Below, piece by piece: positions 1-7,587 of a DNA stretch of 37,975 bases. The stretch's first letter is position 1; each line of letters starts with the position of its first letter. Below the pieces are notes generated by a model. That model searched no databases and was not told where the DNA came from. It saw nothing but the letters and a program-made list of their open reading frames with translations. The position numbers were made by a program, and so were the translations under genes. The DNA is from a virus (lineage: Duplodnaviria; Heunggongvirae; Uroviricota; Caudoviricetes), in the IMG/VR virus record IMGVR_UViG_2534681604_000008, positions 1-37,975 of that record; one strand, 5' to 3'.

Positions 1-192
1 TCAGGAGCATTTCTGATTAACGCCACCGTTAAGAATCCACCCCTCAACAGCTTCACGAAGGTATGATTTTGGGTGGGTTCTGACTGGCTTCGGAAATCCG
101 TGCCGTTTGGTATAGTTCCAGATTGTCTGTCGTGATGAAACACCGAGCTTGTTCATCACTTCTTTCTCAGGAATCAGGCTGGTATCGGTCAT
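1..192 (-). CDS. xis: Excisionase / AlpA-family DNA-binding protein
   Basis: 63 aa ORF with HTH-like segment (LGVSSRQTIWNYTKRHGFPKP) typical of AlpA/Xis proteins; GGAG RBS upstream; sits at the prophage end where int-xis is expected. Confidence 0.7.
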   Translation of the reverse strand: MTDTSLIPEKEVMNKLGVSSRQTIWNYTKRHGFPKPVRTHPKSYLREAVEGWILNGGVNQKCS

Positions 193-204
193 CTTAATTC
201 TCCA

Positions 205-232
205 GGCAAAAAGAAACCGCCATCAGGCGGCT
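205..232 (-). terminator. Candidate intrinsic terminator
   Basis: On the minus strand GCCGCC-TGAT-GGCGGT stem-loop followed by TTCTTTTT, overlapping the stop of the upstream small ORF. Confidence 0.35.
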
Positions 233-390
233 TGGTGTTCTTTCAGTTCTTCAATTCGAATATTGGTTACGTCTGCATGCGCTATCTGCGCCCACAGCAT
301 CCAGTGGTCATAGCAGTCATTGATGTTCTCTGCTTCGATAACTCTGTTGAATGGTTCTCCATTCCATTCACCTGTGACTCGGAAGTGCAT
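223..390 (-). CDS. Small hypothetical phage protein (about 55 aa, MHFRVTGEWNGEPF...)
   Basis: ORF below the track size cutoff, found by hand; GGAG about 9 nt upstream of ATG; same orientation as the early-left operon. Coordinates approximate. Confidence 0.35.
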   Translation of the reverse strand: MHFRVTGEWNGEPFNRVIEAENINDCYDHWMLWAQIAHADVTNIRIEELKEHQAA

Positions 391-478
391 TTATCATCTC
401 CATAAAACAAAACTCGCCGTAGCGAGTTCAGATAAAAGAAATCCCCGCGAGTGCGAGGATTGTTATGTAATATTTGGT

Positions 479-760
479 TTAATCATCTATATGTTTTGTA
501 CAGAGAGGGCAAGTATCGTTTCCACCGTACTCGTGATAATAATTTTGCACGGTATCAGTCATTTCTCGCACATTGCAGAATGGGGATTTGTCTTCATTAG
601 ACTTATAAACCTTCATTGAATATTTGTATGCCGACTCTATATCTATACCTTCATCTACATAAACACCTTCGTGATGTCTGCATGGAGACAAGACACCGGA
701 TCTGCACAACATTGATAACGCCCAATCTTTTTGCTCAGACTCTAACTCATTGATACTCAT
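479..760 (-). CDS. Hypothetical Cys/His-rich phage protein (possible zinc-ribbon)
   Basis: 93 aa ORF with AAGGAG RBS; contains SPCRHH and CPLC motifs. Confidence 0.5.
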   Translation of the reverse strand: MSINELESEQKDWALSMLCRSGVLSPCRHHEGVYVDEGIDIESAYKYSMKVYKSNEDKSPFCNVREMTDTVQNYYHEYGGNDTCPLCTKHIDD

Positions 761-962
761 TTATAAACTCCTTGCAATGTATGTCGTTTCAGCTAAACGG
801 TATCAGCAATGTTTATGTAAAGAAACAGTAAGATAATACTCAACCCGATGTTTGAGTACGGTCATCATCTGACACTACAGACTCTGGCATCGCTGTGAAG
901 ACGACGCGAAATTCAGCATTTTCACAAGCGTTATCTTTTACAAACCCGTATTCCTGCTCATC

Positions 963-1859
963 TCACTCTCCTTTGATGCGAATGCCAGCAAGCCAGTTTC
1001 TTATGCCGATATATTCAGCGTTCCTGAAACCGCTTTTTACATATATAAATGGCAAGCGAAGATTGTGACCATTGGCTGCCAGGTAGTCTTTACAACCCTG
1101 TTCGGTGAAACAGCAGGTAACGAATTCATCAATATCTTTCACAGCAACGCGCCGCCATTTTTCTGGTGGCTCTCGAAAGTTTTCGTGAAGTAGTTCGAGA
1201 CGACGACTTTGGCGTTTATTGGCTTCATTGCCATCTTCATCAACCCAGACAATCCGGTCATAGTCATAATCAGCATCAACAACGATTTCGCGCTTTTGAT
1301 ACACACAAAACATAGGGTCTGACGTTATTCGATTATCCTGTGTTCGAATATTTTCACCGATGATGCCAAACGAATCTGGTGCAGATTTTGTCTGCAACTC
1401 TTCGATACGTTCAGCCATCGCAGCACACTCTTCAAAGTTGCTTAATGCTTTTCGCTCCCATTCGGCGCATTGTTTTCCAAGCTCTGCAATCAGCTTGTCT
1501 TTGCCTTCCAGTTCAACACGCAGCTTCCCTACCGTTAGCGCAATATCCTTGTTCTCCTGGTCACGGCGTTTGATGTATTGCTGGTTTCTTTCCCGTTCAT
1601 CCAGTAATGCCAGCACAGTAGCCGGATTGGCTGCGGCGATGAATTCAGCATTGGCCTGCTGTTCCATTTGGAAATCTTCATCGAAACCGCTTTCTGGATG
1701 CGCTCCTTCAATTCTGCAAATGGGAAGATATCCAACAACTTCACGATGAATTAGTGCATCACCAGCATCAAATCTCTCCTCTCCATATTCGAGCGACCAC
1801 ACACCACACGTTGCTTTTTCTGCCGCTTCACGCAGTGCCTGATAGTTAATTTTGGTCAT
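963..1859 (-). CDS. Ead/Ea22-like prophage protein
   Basis: 298 aa; N-terminus MTKINYQALREAAEKAT... resembles the Ead/Ea22 family of lambdoid phages (recalled); central coiled-coil-like region. Confidence 0.55.
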   Translation of the reverse strand: MTKINYQALREAAEKATCGVWSLEYGEERFDAGDALIHREVVGYLPICRIEGAHPESGFDEDFQMEQQANAEFIAAANPATVLALLDERERNQQYIKRRDQENKDIALTVGKLRVELEGKDKLIAELGKQCAEWERKALSNFEECAAMAERIEELQTKSAPDSFGIIGENIRTQDNRITSDPMFCVYQKREIVVDADYDYDRIVWVDEDGNEANKRQSRRLELLHENFREPPEKWRRVAVKDIDEFVTCCFTEQGCKDYLAANGHNLRLPFIYVKSGFRNAEYIGIRNWLAGIRIKGE

Positions 1860-1860
1860 A

Positions 1861-2160
1861 TCACATCACCCTGAATCCGTTGCATTTACGTAAGAAATCG
1901 CAGATATAGCCCTTCATTTTTTCATGCCAATCTCGATCATTCCCATTGCACCAACCATCAGGTGGAGTCCAGTTTTCTATCAGAGCAGCAATTTTCTTTG
2001 CTTTCGCCGGAGTAGCTGTTGCGGTATCGCAGTAATGACGAGTGTCAACCAACGTATCCATACCATCGATATCAAGTACGCAAAACCATGTGTGATTCGG
2101 CATTTCAACAGATGGTATTTGTTGCCCACGTCGACGTTTATCAATAAGACATACACTCAC
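1861..2160 (-). CDS. Hypothetical phage protein (Cys/Trp-rich, GTG start)
   Basis: 99 aa ORF preceded by GGAGG; tightly packed in the leftward operon. Confidence 0.45.
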   Translation of the reverse strand: MSVCLIDKRRRGQQIPSVEMPNHTWFCVLDIDGMDTLVDTRHYCDTATATPAKAKKIAALIENWTPPDGWCNGNDRDWHEKMKGYICDFLRKCNGFRVM

Positions 2161-2162
2161 TG

Positions 2163-2324
2163 CTTGCCTCCTTTACGCCACATCGCATTCAGATATTTGT
2201 TTTGATTCACTGATGGAAAAGAATTTCTCTTAAGTAATTCCTCTCTCGATGGCATTGGCTTTACGCGTTGGCGAATAATCATTTCTGCCGGAAGAATGCC
2301 GGGATTGTAAGCAAGTCCTCTCAT
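2163..2324 (-). CDS. Small hypothetical protein (about 53 aa)
   Basis: Hand-found ORF filling the gap between neighbours; ATGA start/stop overlap with the upstream gene. Coordinates approximate. Confidence 0.3.
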
Positions 2325-2602
2325 GATTTACTCTCCACGAACTGGTCAATAGCCATGCTAAGTGACACACCTAAAGTCTCGATATGCTGCTGAATATCCT
2401 GTAGCGTCTGCGCCTGAGATAACAGGATTTCACGGTTGCATAACTCTTTAACCAGATGCTCAAACTTGCTGTAATAACCGATACGACTGAGCGTTTCTTT
2501 CCCTGCATTCTCGCCTTCTTTGATAATTCCTCTTTCGCTAAGAATCAGGTCGTGTTTGGTTCCGGTAATAACGTATTTTCCGAGGTCGATGTTTAGCTTC
2601 AT
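2321..2602 (-). CDS. Hypothetical phage protein
   Basis: 93 aa ORF in operon context; no family recognised. Confidence 0.45.
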   Translation of the reverse strand: MKLNIDLGKYVITGTKHDLILSERGIIKEGENAGKETLSRIGYYSKFEHLVKELCNREILLSQAQTLQDIQQHIETLGVSLSMAIDQFVESKS

Positions 2603-2618
2603 TGTTAATTACTCCATG

Positions 2619-2933
2619 TTAATTTATTCGTATGCCTGCTCTTTCTTCATCGAGTTTTTTTAGCTTGTATCGCATAGCTCTTACTGAATAAATTGAGCGG
2701 CAGGTTGCAATTGCTATTTCTTCTGCGGAGAACTTACCGAAAAGTGATACTTCGGCTCTTGTCCATCGTCTTCCACGAAGTCGGCTAACAATGTCAGCGC
2801 CAATCCTTGTTGCTTTCGCCATTACTGCTTTTTCAGTCCTTTCCAGTTTTTCAGCGATAACTTCAACTGGCATTGTCGCCGCCACTTCGCGCAAGAAATC
2901 GACTTCCCATTTCTCCCATGGAGTCTTTTTCAT
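2619..2933 (-). CDS. Hypothetical phage protein, possible tandem HTH-like DNA-binding protein
   Basis: 104 aa; two similar segments (MPVEVIAEKLERTEKAVMAKATRIG and FSAEEIAIATCRSIYSVRAMRYKL) suggest a duplicated DNA-binding motif. Confidence 0.45.
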   Translation of the reverse strand: MKKTPWEKWEVDFLREVAATMPVEVIAEKLERTEKAVMAKATRIGADIVSRLRGRRWTRAEVSLFGKFSAEEIAIATCRSIYSVRAMRYKLKKLDEERAGIRIN

Positions 2934-2944
2934 AGGCGATACCG

Positions 2945-3433
2945 TTATTTGATAAGAAGTGATGGTTTCCCAACTTTGAGTTGAGCGCCGGGGATATTTA
3001 TTCCTGCTTTTAGTTGGTGTTTGATTGCCAGTTTGTCGGCTTTAATTGTCGTTTCAAACTCAACGTATTCAGGAGGAAGGGCGCTTGAGTCGATGATTTC
3101 TACAGTTTCTGACGGTTTGCGGATTGTTACCTGGTGAATACCTGCTCGAATCTTTTTCTTGCCAACCATTTCAAGCGATGACGCTATATATGATTTGATG
3201 CTGTCAATCTTATTTTGAATTACTTCGGCTCGCTCATTTAGTGACTTTGCCTCTTCCTTGAGGCGCTCAGCATAACCAGATTCATTTTTGATGACGGAAA
3301 GAAGTTGCTCTATTTTATCGGTAAATTCTCCTTCCATGCCTTCTATTGTGTCAGCAATCATCTCTGGCTCTAAATCTGAATCCATCAATCTTGCGTATTC
3401 ATTGGCAATTTCATATAGTTTGCTCACTGGCAA
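2945..3433 (-). CDS. Gp157-family protein (RecT-associated, sometimes annotated as Gam-like host-nuclease inhibitor)
   Basis: 162 aa, immediately downstream of recT with a 23-nt overlap; recalled resemblance to Siphovirus Gp157 family. Confidence 0.5.
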   Translation of the reverse strand: MPVSKLYEIANEYARLMDSDLEPEMIADTIEGMEGEFTDKIEQLLSVIKNESGYAERLKEEAKSLNERAEVIQNKIDSIKSYIASSLEMVGKKKIRAGIHQVTIRKPSETVEIIDSSALPPEYVEFETTIKADKLAIKHQLKAGINIPGAQLKVGKPSLLIK

Positions 3434-4322
3434 CCTCCAGTTTTGCTTTGCATTCTGCGTAAATGGCTTGTACGTTCTGCTGCAATTTCATTCCAGATGT
3501 CAGGCGATATGCTTCTGCAAAATATCGCTTCAAATCATCCATGTTTTCTGCCTGAGCCATTTCATCACAAAGAAGTTGTGCTTTTTCCATTATTTCCTGC
3601 TGGCGTTTCCGTTCATCTTCGCGGATATCTTCCTCTGATTTGTGCGGCATAACTGGTTCAGTCCACACACCTTCTTCTTCGTTTAGTACGTGAATAGCAC
3701 TATCAAGACGTGATGCCTTAGGCCAATACTTGCTTGCACGCTTTACGACCGTCTTTCGCGCCATCTCATTCCAGTGATTTACCCATGGTCCTTTATCGCT
3801 GAATGCTGCCTTGCTTGTTTTCCTTACAGCCTCAATTTCAGCCAGACTCATCTCTTCCGTTAGATAATCACCTGCTGGCGTCTTAACTGTGCAGTAAACG
3901 CCAACGATATCACCACGATCACCGAAGGCGTTGTATTTATGGGTTGGTGCTTTATCAAGCCCGTTTGACTCATAGGTATCGTTAGCATGAACAAGTTTTG
4001 CCTGACCCCATGAGATAACACCAGACTCCATTGCAATATGGAGCAATCCCATATAACTGATATCAAGGCAAACCATGCCGTCGCGCGGAACCAGATAAGC
4101 CAGTTTGCTGGCCGGGTTTAAGGTGATGCCGATTGCCGCAACATTGATGATGGCGTTCTGTGCGCTGGTTGGATTTGCCAGTGCCGTTTTAGCCAGGTAA
4201 TCGTTTTTCTGGAAATACTGAATTGCAAACTGGCTTTCCTTAGCCCATGTCACCGTCTGTTCAGTCAATGCTCCGCAGAATAACTGCTCCTGCTGTTTAA
4301 CGAATTCAACGATATTGCTCAT
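3411..4322 (-). CDS. recT: RecT-family single-strand annealing recombinase
   Basis: 303 aa; segments NAIINVAAIGITLNPASKLAYLVPRDG and the acidic C-terminus are characteristic of RecT/Bet-type annealing proteins. Confidence 0.8.
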   Translation of the reverse strand: MSNIVEFVKQQEQLFCGALTEQTVTWAKESQFAIQYFQKNDYLAKTALANPTSAQNAIINVAAIGITLNPASKLAYLVPRDGMVCLDISYMGLLHIAMESGVISWGQAKLVHANDTYESNGLDKAPTHKYNAFGDRGDIVGVYCTVKTPAGDYLTEEMSLAEIEAVRKTSKAAFSDKGPWVNHWNEMARKTVVKRASKYWPKASRLDSAIHVLNEEEGVWTEPVMPHKSEEDIREDERKRQQEIMEKAQLLCDEMAQAENMDDLKRYFAEAYRLTSGMKLQQNVQAIYAECKAKLEVASEQTI

Positions 4323-4630
4323 GCAGCTTCTCCAAAAATGTGTCTGCGTTTGAATATTGCGAAGGCATATTCAGCCTTAACTCTTTCGGTTATTGCATCC
4401 CAGAACCATTCAGCGGCTTTTTCCTGATAGTTACAGTCATCATCTTCCAGCCAGTCGATAGCGTCCTTAGTGTGTTCATCTGGTTTATATGAGCGAAGCA
4501 TTTCGCTTATTGGGTCGCAACGTTTGCAGAGGCGATCAACTTCACTGTTGATTCGTTCGTAATCATCATCGGTAAAACTTGCGATGATTTGCGATATTTC
4601 ACGCTTATCATTCAGAGTCAGAATCATCAT
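4319..4630 (-). CDS. Hypothetical acidic phage protein
   Basis: 103 aa ORF; ATGA overlap with recT start implies translational coupling. Confidence 0.45.
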   Translation of the reverse strand: MMILTLNDKREISQIIASFTDDDYERINSEVDRLCKRCDPISEMLRSYKPDEHTKDAIDWLEDDDCNYQEKAAEWFWDAITERVKAEYAFAIFKRRHIFGEAA

Positions 4631-4711
4631 CTTTCTCCTGTTCTTTGTGCTGATTGAGCATTTTGTTCATCTGACGAATGAATTCTTCGTCTGACCAGTT
4701 ATCTGTAAAAC

Positions 4712-4834
4712 TCATTTCCTGCGATACCACGGAAGGTTGATAGCTGATTTCATCGCTTTATTTGCTTCAAGCCACATTTTGGAATCACCAATAAATCTGG
4801 CTATTACTGCTTTGTTCTGTGCAGCACGAAGCAT
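4712..4834 (-). CDS. Kil-like small protein (tentative)
   Basis: About 40 aa hand-found ORF (MLRAAQNKAVIARFIGDSKMWLEANKAMKS...) at the lambda kil position next to cIII; similarity to lambda Kil is recalled, not verified. Confidence 0.3.
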   Translation of the reverse strand: MLRAAQNKAVIARFIGDSKMWLEANKAMKSAINLPWYRRK

Positions 4835-4848
4835 CTGGTGATTGATGG

Positions 4849-4983
4849 CTATTTCATTGCGCATAACGCCTCCAGTTGTTTCTTTGCTGCTCTGATTAAT
4901 TGTTTAACTCGGCGTGATAATTCAGATTCGTGCGGGTAGAAAGCGGACATGACGCCGCTACCCGCGAGCTGAAAGTGCATCAT
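4849..4983 (-). CDS. cIII: CIII-like regulator (FtsH inhibitor that stabilises CII)
   Basis: Internal ATG with GGAG RBS gives a 44 aa product, MMHFQLAGSGVMSAFYPHESELSRRVKQLIRAAKKQLE, resembling lambda CIII. The longer track ORF (to 5088) would run through an upstream terminator hairpin. Confidence 0.55.
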   Translation of the reverse strand: MMHFQLAGSGVMSAFYPHESELSRRVKQLIRAAKKQLEALCAMK

Positions 4984-5055
4984 GGGTAACTCCTTATATT
5001 TGATTGCATAACGAAAACGCCTCAAGTGAAGCGTTATTGGTATGCATATAAAAAA

Positions 5056-5080
5056 GCCCTCACACTGGAGGGCAAAGAAG
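5056..5080 (-). terminator. Intrinsic terminator in the pL operon between ral and cIII (tL-like, presumably N-suppressible)
   Basis: Minus strand GCCCTC-CAGTGT-GAGGGC stem-loop followed by TTTTTTAT. Confidence 0.45.
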
Positions 5081-5209
5081 ATTTCCAATAATCAGAACAA
5101 GTCGGCTCCTGTTTAGTTACGAGCGACATTGCTCCGTGTATTCACTCGTTGGAATGAATACACAGTGCAGTGTTTATTCTGTTGTTTATGCCAAAAACAA
5201 AGGCCACTA

Positions 5210-5410
5210 TCAGGCAGCTTTGTTGTTCTGTTTACCAAGTTCTCTGGCAATCATTGCCGTCGTTCGTATTGCCCATTTATCGACATATTTCCCATCCTCC
5301 ATTACAGGAAACATTTCTTCAGGCTTAACCATGCATTCCGATTGCAGCTTGCATCCATTGCATCGCTTGAATTGTCCACACCATTGATTTTTATCAATAG
5401 TCGTAGTCAT
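5210..5410 (-). CDS. ral: Ral-like restriction-alleviation protein
   Basis: 66 aa; position just downstream of N in the pL operon and the size match lambda Ral; sequence identity is from recall. Confidence 0.55.
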   Translation of the reverse strand: MTTTIDKNQWCGQFKRCNGCKLQSECMVKPEEMFPVMEDGKYVDKWAIRTTAMIARELGKQNNKAA

Positions 5411-5488
5411 ACGGATAGTCCTGGTATTGTTCCATCACATCCTGAGGATGCTCTTCGAACTCTTCAAAATCTTCTTCCATATCTCACC

Positions 5489-5815
5489 TCAAATAAGTGG
5501 TTTGCTGCCTAATTTCATTTTCTGGCGACCAACACAAGTCACACCCATTTCACTGCGTGGCTTGCTGTACCATGTGCGCTGATTCTTGCGCTCAATACGT
5601 TGCAGGTTGCTTTCAATCTGTTCGTGGTATTCAGCCAGCACTGTAAGGTCTATCGGATTCAGTGCGCTTTCTACTCGTGATTTCGGTTTGCGATTCAGCG
5701 AGAGAATGGGGCGGTTAACTGGTTTTGCGCTTACCCCAACCAACAGGGGATTTGCTGCTTTCCATTCAGCCTGTTTCTCTGCGCGACGTTCGCGGCGGCG
5801 TGTTTGTGCATCCAT
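5489..5815 (-). CDS. N: Antitermination protein N (lambda-type)
   Basis: Internal start gives MDAQTRRRERRAEKQAEWKAANPLLVGVSAKPVNRPILSLNRKPKSRVESALNPIDLTVLAEYHEQIESNLQRIERKNQRTWYSKP..., essentially lambda N with its arginine-rich motif; AGGAG RBS; nutL upstream. Confidence 0.9.
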   Translation of the reverse strand: MDAQTRRRERRAEKQAEWKAANPLLVGVSAKPVNRPILSLNRKPKSRVESALNPIDLTVLAEYHEQIESNLQRIERKNQRTWYSKPRSEMGVTCVGRQKMKLGSKPLI

Positions 5816-5925
5816 CTGGATTCTCCTGTCAGTTAGCTTTGAGTAACGCGCCGTGATGCTTATCTCCACGGTTGCTGTCTTGCTGCTGCATTTCGCGCTA
5901 CTCAAAGCTTTCTGCTTTGAATGCT

Positions 5926-5956
5926 GCCCTTCTTCAGGGCTTAATTTTTAAGAGCG
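5926..5956 (-). promoter_or_regulatory. nutL site (boxA CGCTCTTAA, boxB hairpin GCCCTGAAGAAGGGC)
   Basis: Reverse complement of 5926-5956 reads CGCTCTTAAAAATTAA GCCCTGAAGAAGGGC, matching the lambda nutL boxA/boxB consensus. Confidence 0.8.
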
Positions 5957-5996
5957 TCACCTTCATGGTGGTCAGTGCGTCCTGCTGATGGCTTAA

Positions 5997-6037
5997 AATA
6001 TACCTACAGGTAAAACCCATGTCTATACCTGTAGGTA
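5997..6037 (-). promoter_or_regulatory. pL promoter with overlapping OL operator palindromes
   Basis: Minus strand TAGACA-17 nt-TATATT upstream of nutL and N; 12-bp palindromes TACCTACAGGTA (6001-6012) and TACCTGTAGGTA (6026-6037) overlap it, and the same motif recurs at OR. Confidence 0.5.
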
Positions 6038-6100
6038 AATAAAATTGATGTGAGAGTTTACCTGCTTGAATTTTCAGGTAATTAATTTTTTGGATTGATA

Positions 6101-6125
6101 TAAAAAAGCCCGCTTTGCGGGCTGA
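6101..6125 (-). terminator. Intrinsic terminator ending the cI-operon transcript
   Basis: Minus strand AGCCCGC-AAA-GCGGGCT followed by TTTTTTAT, directly after the stop of the 6135..6431 gene. Confidence 0.5.
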
Positions 6126-6134
6126 AAGGAGATG

Positions 6135-6431
6135 TCAGAAGCTATTTGGATTGCTTGGCCATTGCGGCAATTTTGATTCTACTGGGGTGTGTTTGGGTTT
6201 GAGTCCGTTTAAGTAGTCAAGGCGCTCAATGGCGCATTTATACATAGCAATCTGCTCTGATGACATGTCGTCGTATGACATGCCTTTGAACTTTTTAATT
6301 ATCGATTCTGCCTCATGTATAAGATTCTTCTTCCTCATGAGTTCAGCTGTATGCTTAGAGCTTACAGGAGATAACTTTGCCCATATGAAGCAGATGATTA
6401 CAACAGCGACTACTATGCCGGGTATAAACAT
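6135..6431 (-). CDS. Small membrane protein co-transcribed with cI at the rexAB/sieB position (candidate exclusion or abortive-infection factor)
   Basis: 98 aa from the internal ATG (MFIPGIVVAVVIICFIWAKL...), with one N-terminal hydrophobic helix and a charged soluble tail; GAGGA RBS 15 nt after the cI stop; terminator follows. Confidence 0.55.
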   Translation of the reverse strand: MFIPGIVVAVVIICFIWAKLSPVSSKHTAELMRKKNLIHEAESIIKKFKGMSYDDMSSEQIAMYKCAIERLDYLNGLKPKHTPVESKLPQWPSNPNSF

Positions 6432-6445
6432 TTGCTGCTTTATCC

Positions 6446-7132
6446 TCAAACTTTTGGCAGATCGTCCTGGTCTACGTACCTGGTGTGTTTCACAATAGCT
6501 GAAACAAAATGCATTTTATCAACTTCTTCAACAGGAAGAGTGATTGGGCGGTGATCACTGTTTATGCTACTAAACTGATAATCACCGTCTCTTGTTTTGT
6601 TCATGATCTTTATCATGTTGTGACCGTCTTTGGTCCTTACAAAGACTTCATCACCTGGATGTACTGGCGTATTTGGTTCAATAACAACATATTCTCCTGA
6701 CTGAATCCTTGGCCACATGCTGTCACCCTTAACCTTCAGACCGTAAGCATCTTTATCGCCGCTGTAGATGCTTAACCAACCGGATCTGAATTCAATCATA
6801 TCCACTGAGCCATCAACTCCCAAAACGGCTTCACCAATTACCGGAACAAAACCCGCACGAACGTTACCCGCAAACTCAAGATGGTCCGTAGCTCCAGCTT
6901 TACCATCTGCAAGCATGTCCATCCATCCGCGTGGGAGATTAAAAGATTTTTCAATTAGTTCCATCATATCGTCAGCAATGCGTTTTTTTCCGCTTTTTCC
7001 TTCCGGATACAGCATTCTGGAAACGTATGATGGTTCCCTTTCTATTCGACGAGCCAACTCTGAGGCCTTTCCATTACAGAATCGGTCTCTTATCTCTATC
7101 AGCCTTAGTCGTCTTTGTTCGTATTTATCCAT
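6446..7132 (-). CDS. cI: CI-type prophage repressor (HTH plus LexA/S24 autopeptidase domain)
   Basis: 228 aa; N-terminal HTH (ASELARRIEREPSYVSRML), Ala-Gly cleavage site (FAGNV), GDSMWP serine motif and a downstream Lys, consistent with RecA-stimulated autocleavage; divergent from cro across operators. Confidence 0.85.
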   Translation of the reverse strand: MDKYEQRRLRLIEIRDRFCNGKASELARRIEREPSYVSRMLYPEGKSGKKRIADDMMELIEKSFNLPRGWMDMLADGKAGATDHLEFAGNVRAGFVPVIGEAVLGVDGSVDMIEFRSGWLSIYSGDKDAYGLKVKGDSMWPRIQSGEYVVIEPNTPVHPGDEVFVRTKDGHNMIKIMNKTRDGDYQFSSINSDHRPITLPVEEVDKMHFVSAIVKHTRYVDQDDLPKV

Positions 7133-7151
7133 GATTTAATTCTATCTTTGA

Positions 7152-7208
7152 TTACCTGCCGGTAAATAACCTATGGGTATTGATTTGCTTTTTACCTACA
7201 GGTAAACT
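7152..7208 (+). promoter_or_regulatory. OR operators and pR promoter
   Basis: TTGATT (7180-7185), 17 nt, TAAACT (7203-7208) upstream of cro; operator palindromes TACCTGCCGGTA (7153-7164) and TACCTACAGGTA (7193-7204). Confidence 0.5.
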
Positions 7209-7240
7209 CATCTTATTCAACAACGGGAAGGAGATAGCAA

Positions 7241-7471
7241 ATGGAAGAACTCCGCTTGTATCTGAACTCCCTTTCACTGGAAGAGCAGAGAGAATTTGCC
7301 ACCAAGTGCGGAACTTCTATCGGCTATTTGAGGAAAGCACTTAGCCGTAATCATGAATTGGGCGCAGCACTTTGTGTTCTGATTGAGAGGTTCAGCAATG
7401 GTGAAGTGACTCGCAAAGACCTTCATCCGGTTGATTGGGAAAGCATCTGGCCTGAATTAATGGCCGCTTAA
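7241..7471 (+). CDS. cro: Cro-like HTH regulator (first gene of the pR operon)
   Basis: 76 aa with HTH-like CGTSIGYLRKALS; GGAG RBS; positioned opposite cI. Confidence 0.55.
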   Translation: MEELRLYLNSLSLEEQREFATKCGTSIGYLRKALSRNHELGAALCVLIERFSNGEVTRKDLHPVDWESIWPELMAA

Positions 7472-7479
7472 GTTATTAA

Positions 7480-7511
7480 CGCTCTTACACATCCCCGCCC
7501 TGAAAAAGGGC
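7480..7511 (+). promoter_or_regulatory. nutR site (boxA CGCTCTTACACA, boxB GCCCTGAAAAAGGGC)
   Basis: Direct match to the lambda nutR boxA/boxB pattern between cro and cII. Confidence 0.8.
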
Positions 7512-7587
7512 ATTACCAGAAACAAATCTCTATGGTTTTGCGTTTCTTTGCGAAGCCAACTCTATCTAATCATTAAGGAAATTATCT

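Noticed and set aside
320-619. 99 aa ORF on the plus strand
   Set aside because: Overlaps two better-supported minus-strand genes (223..390 and 479..760) and runs against the operon direction; no RBS.
4984-5088. N-terminal extension of the cIII-like ORF to a 79 aa protein
   Set aside because: The extension would be translated through a terminator hairpin and lacks an RBS. The internal ATG has a GGAG RBS and yields a CIII-sized product.
6059-6080. Long-spacer palindrome TACCTG-N10-CAGGTA as a third OL operator
   Set aside because: Not listed as a feature because its spacing differs from the 12-bp operators; kept only as a note within the immunity-region finding.
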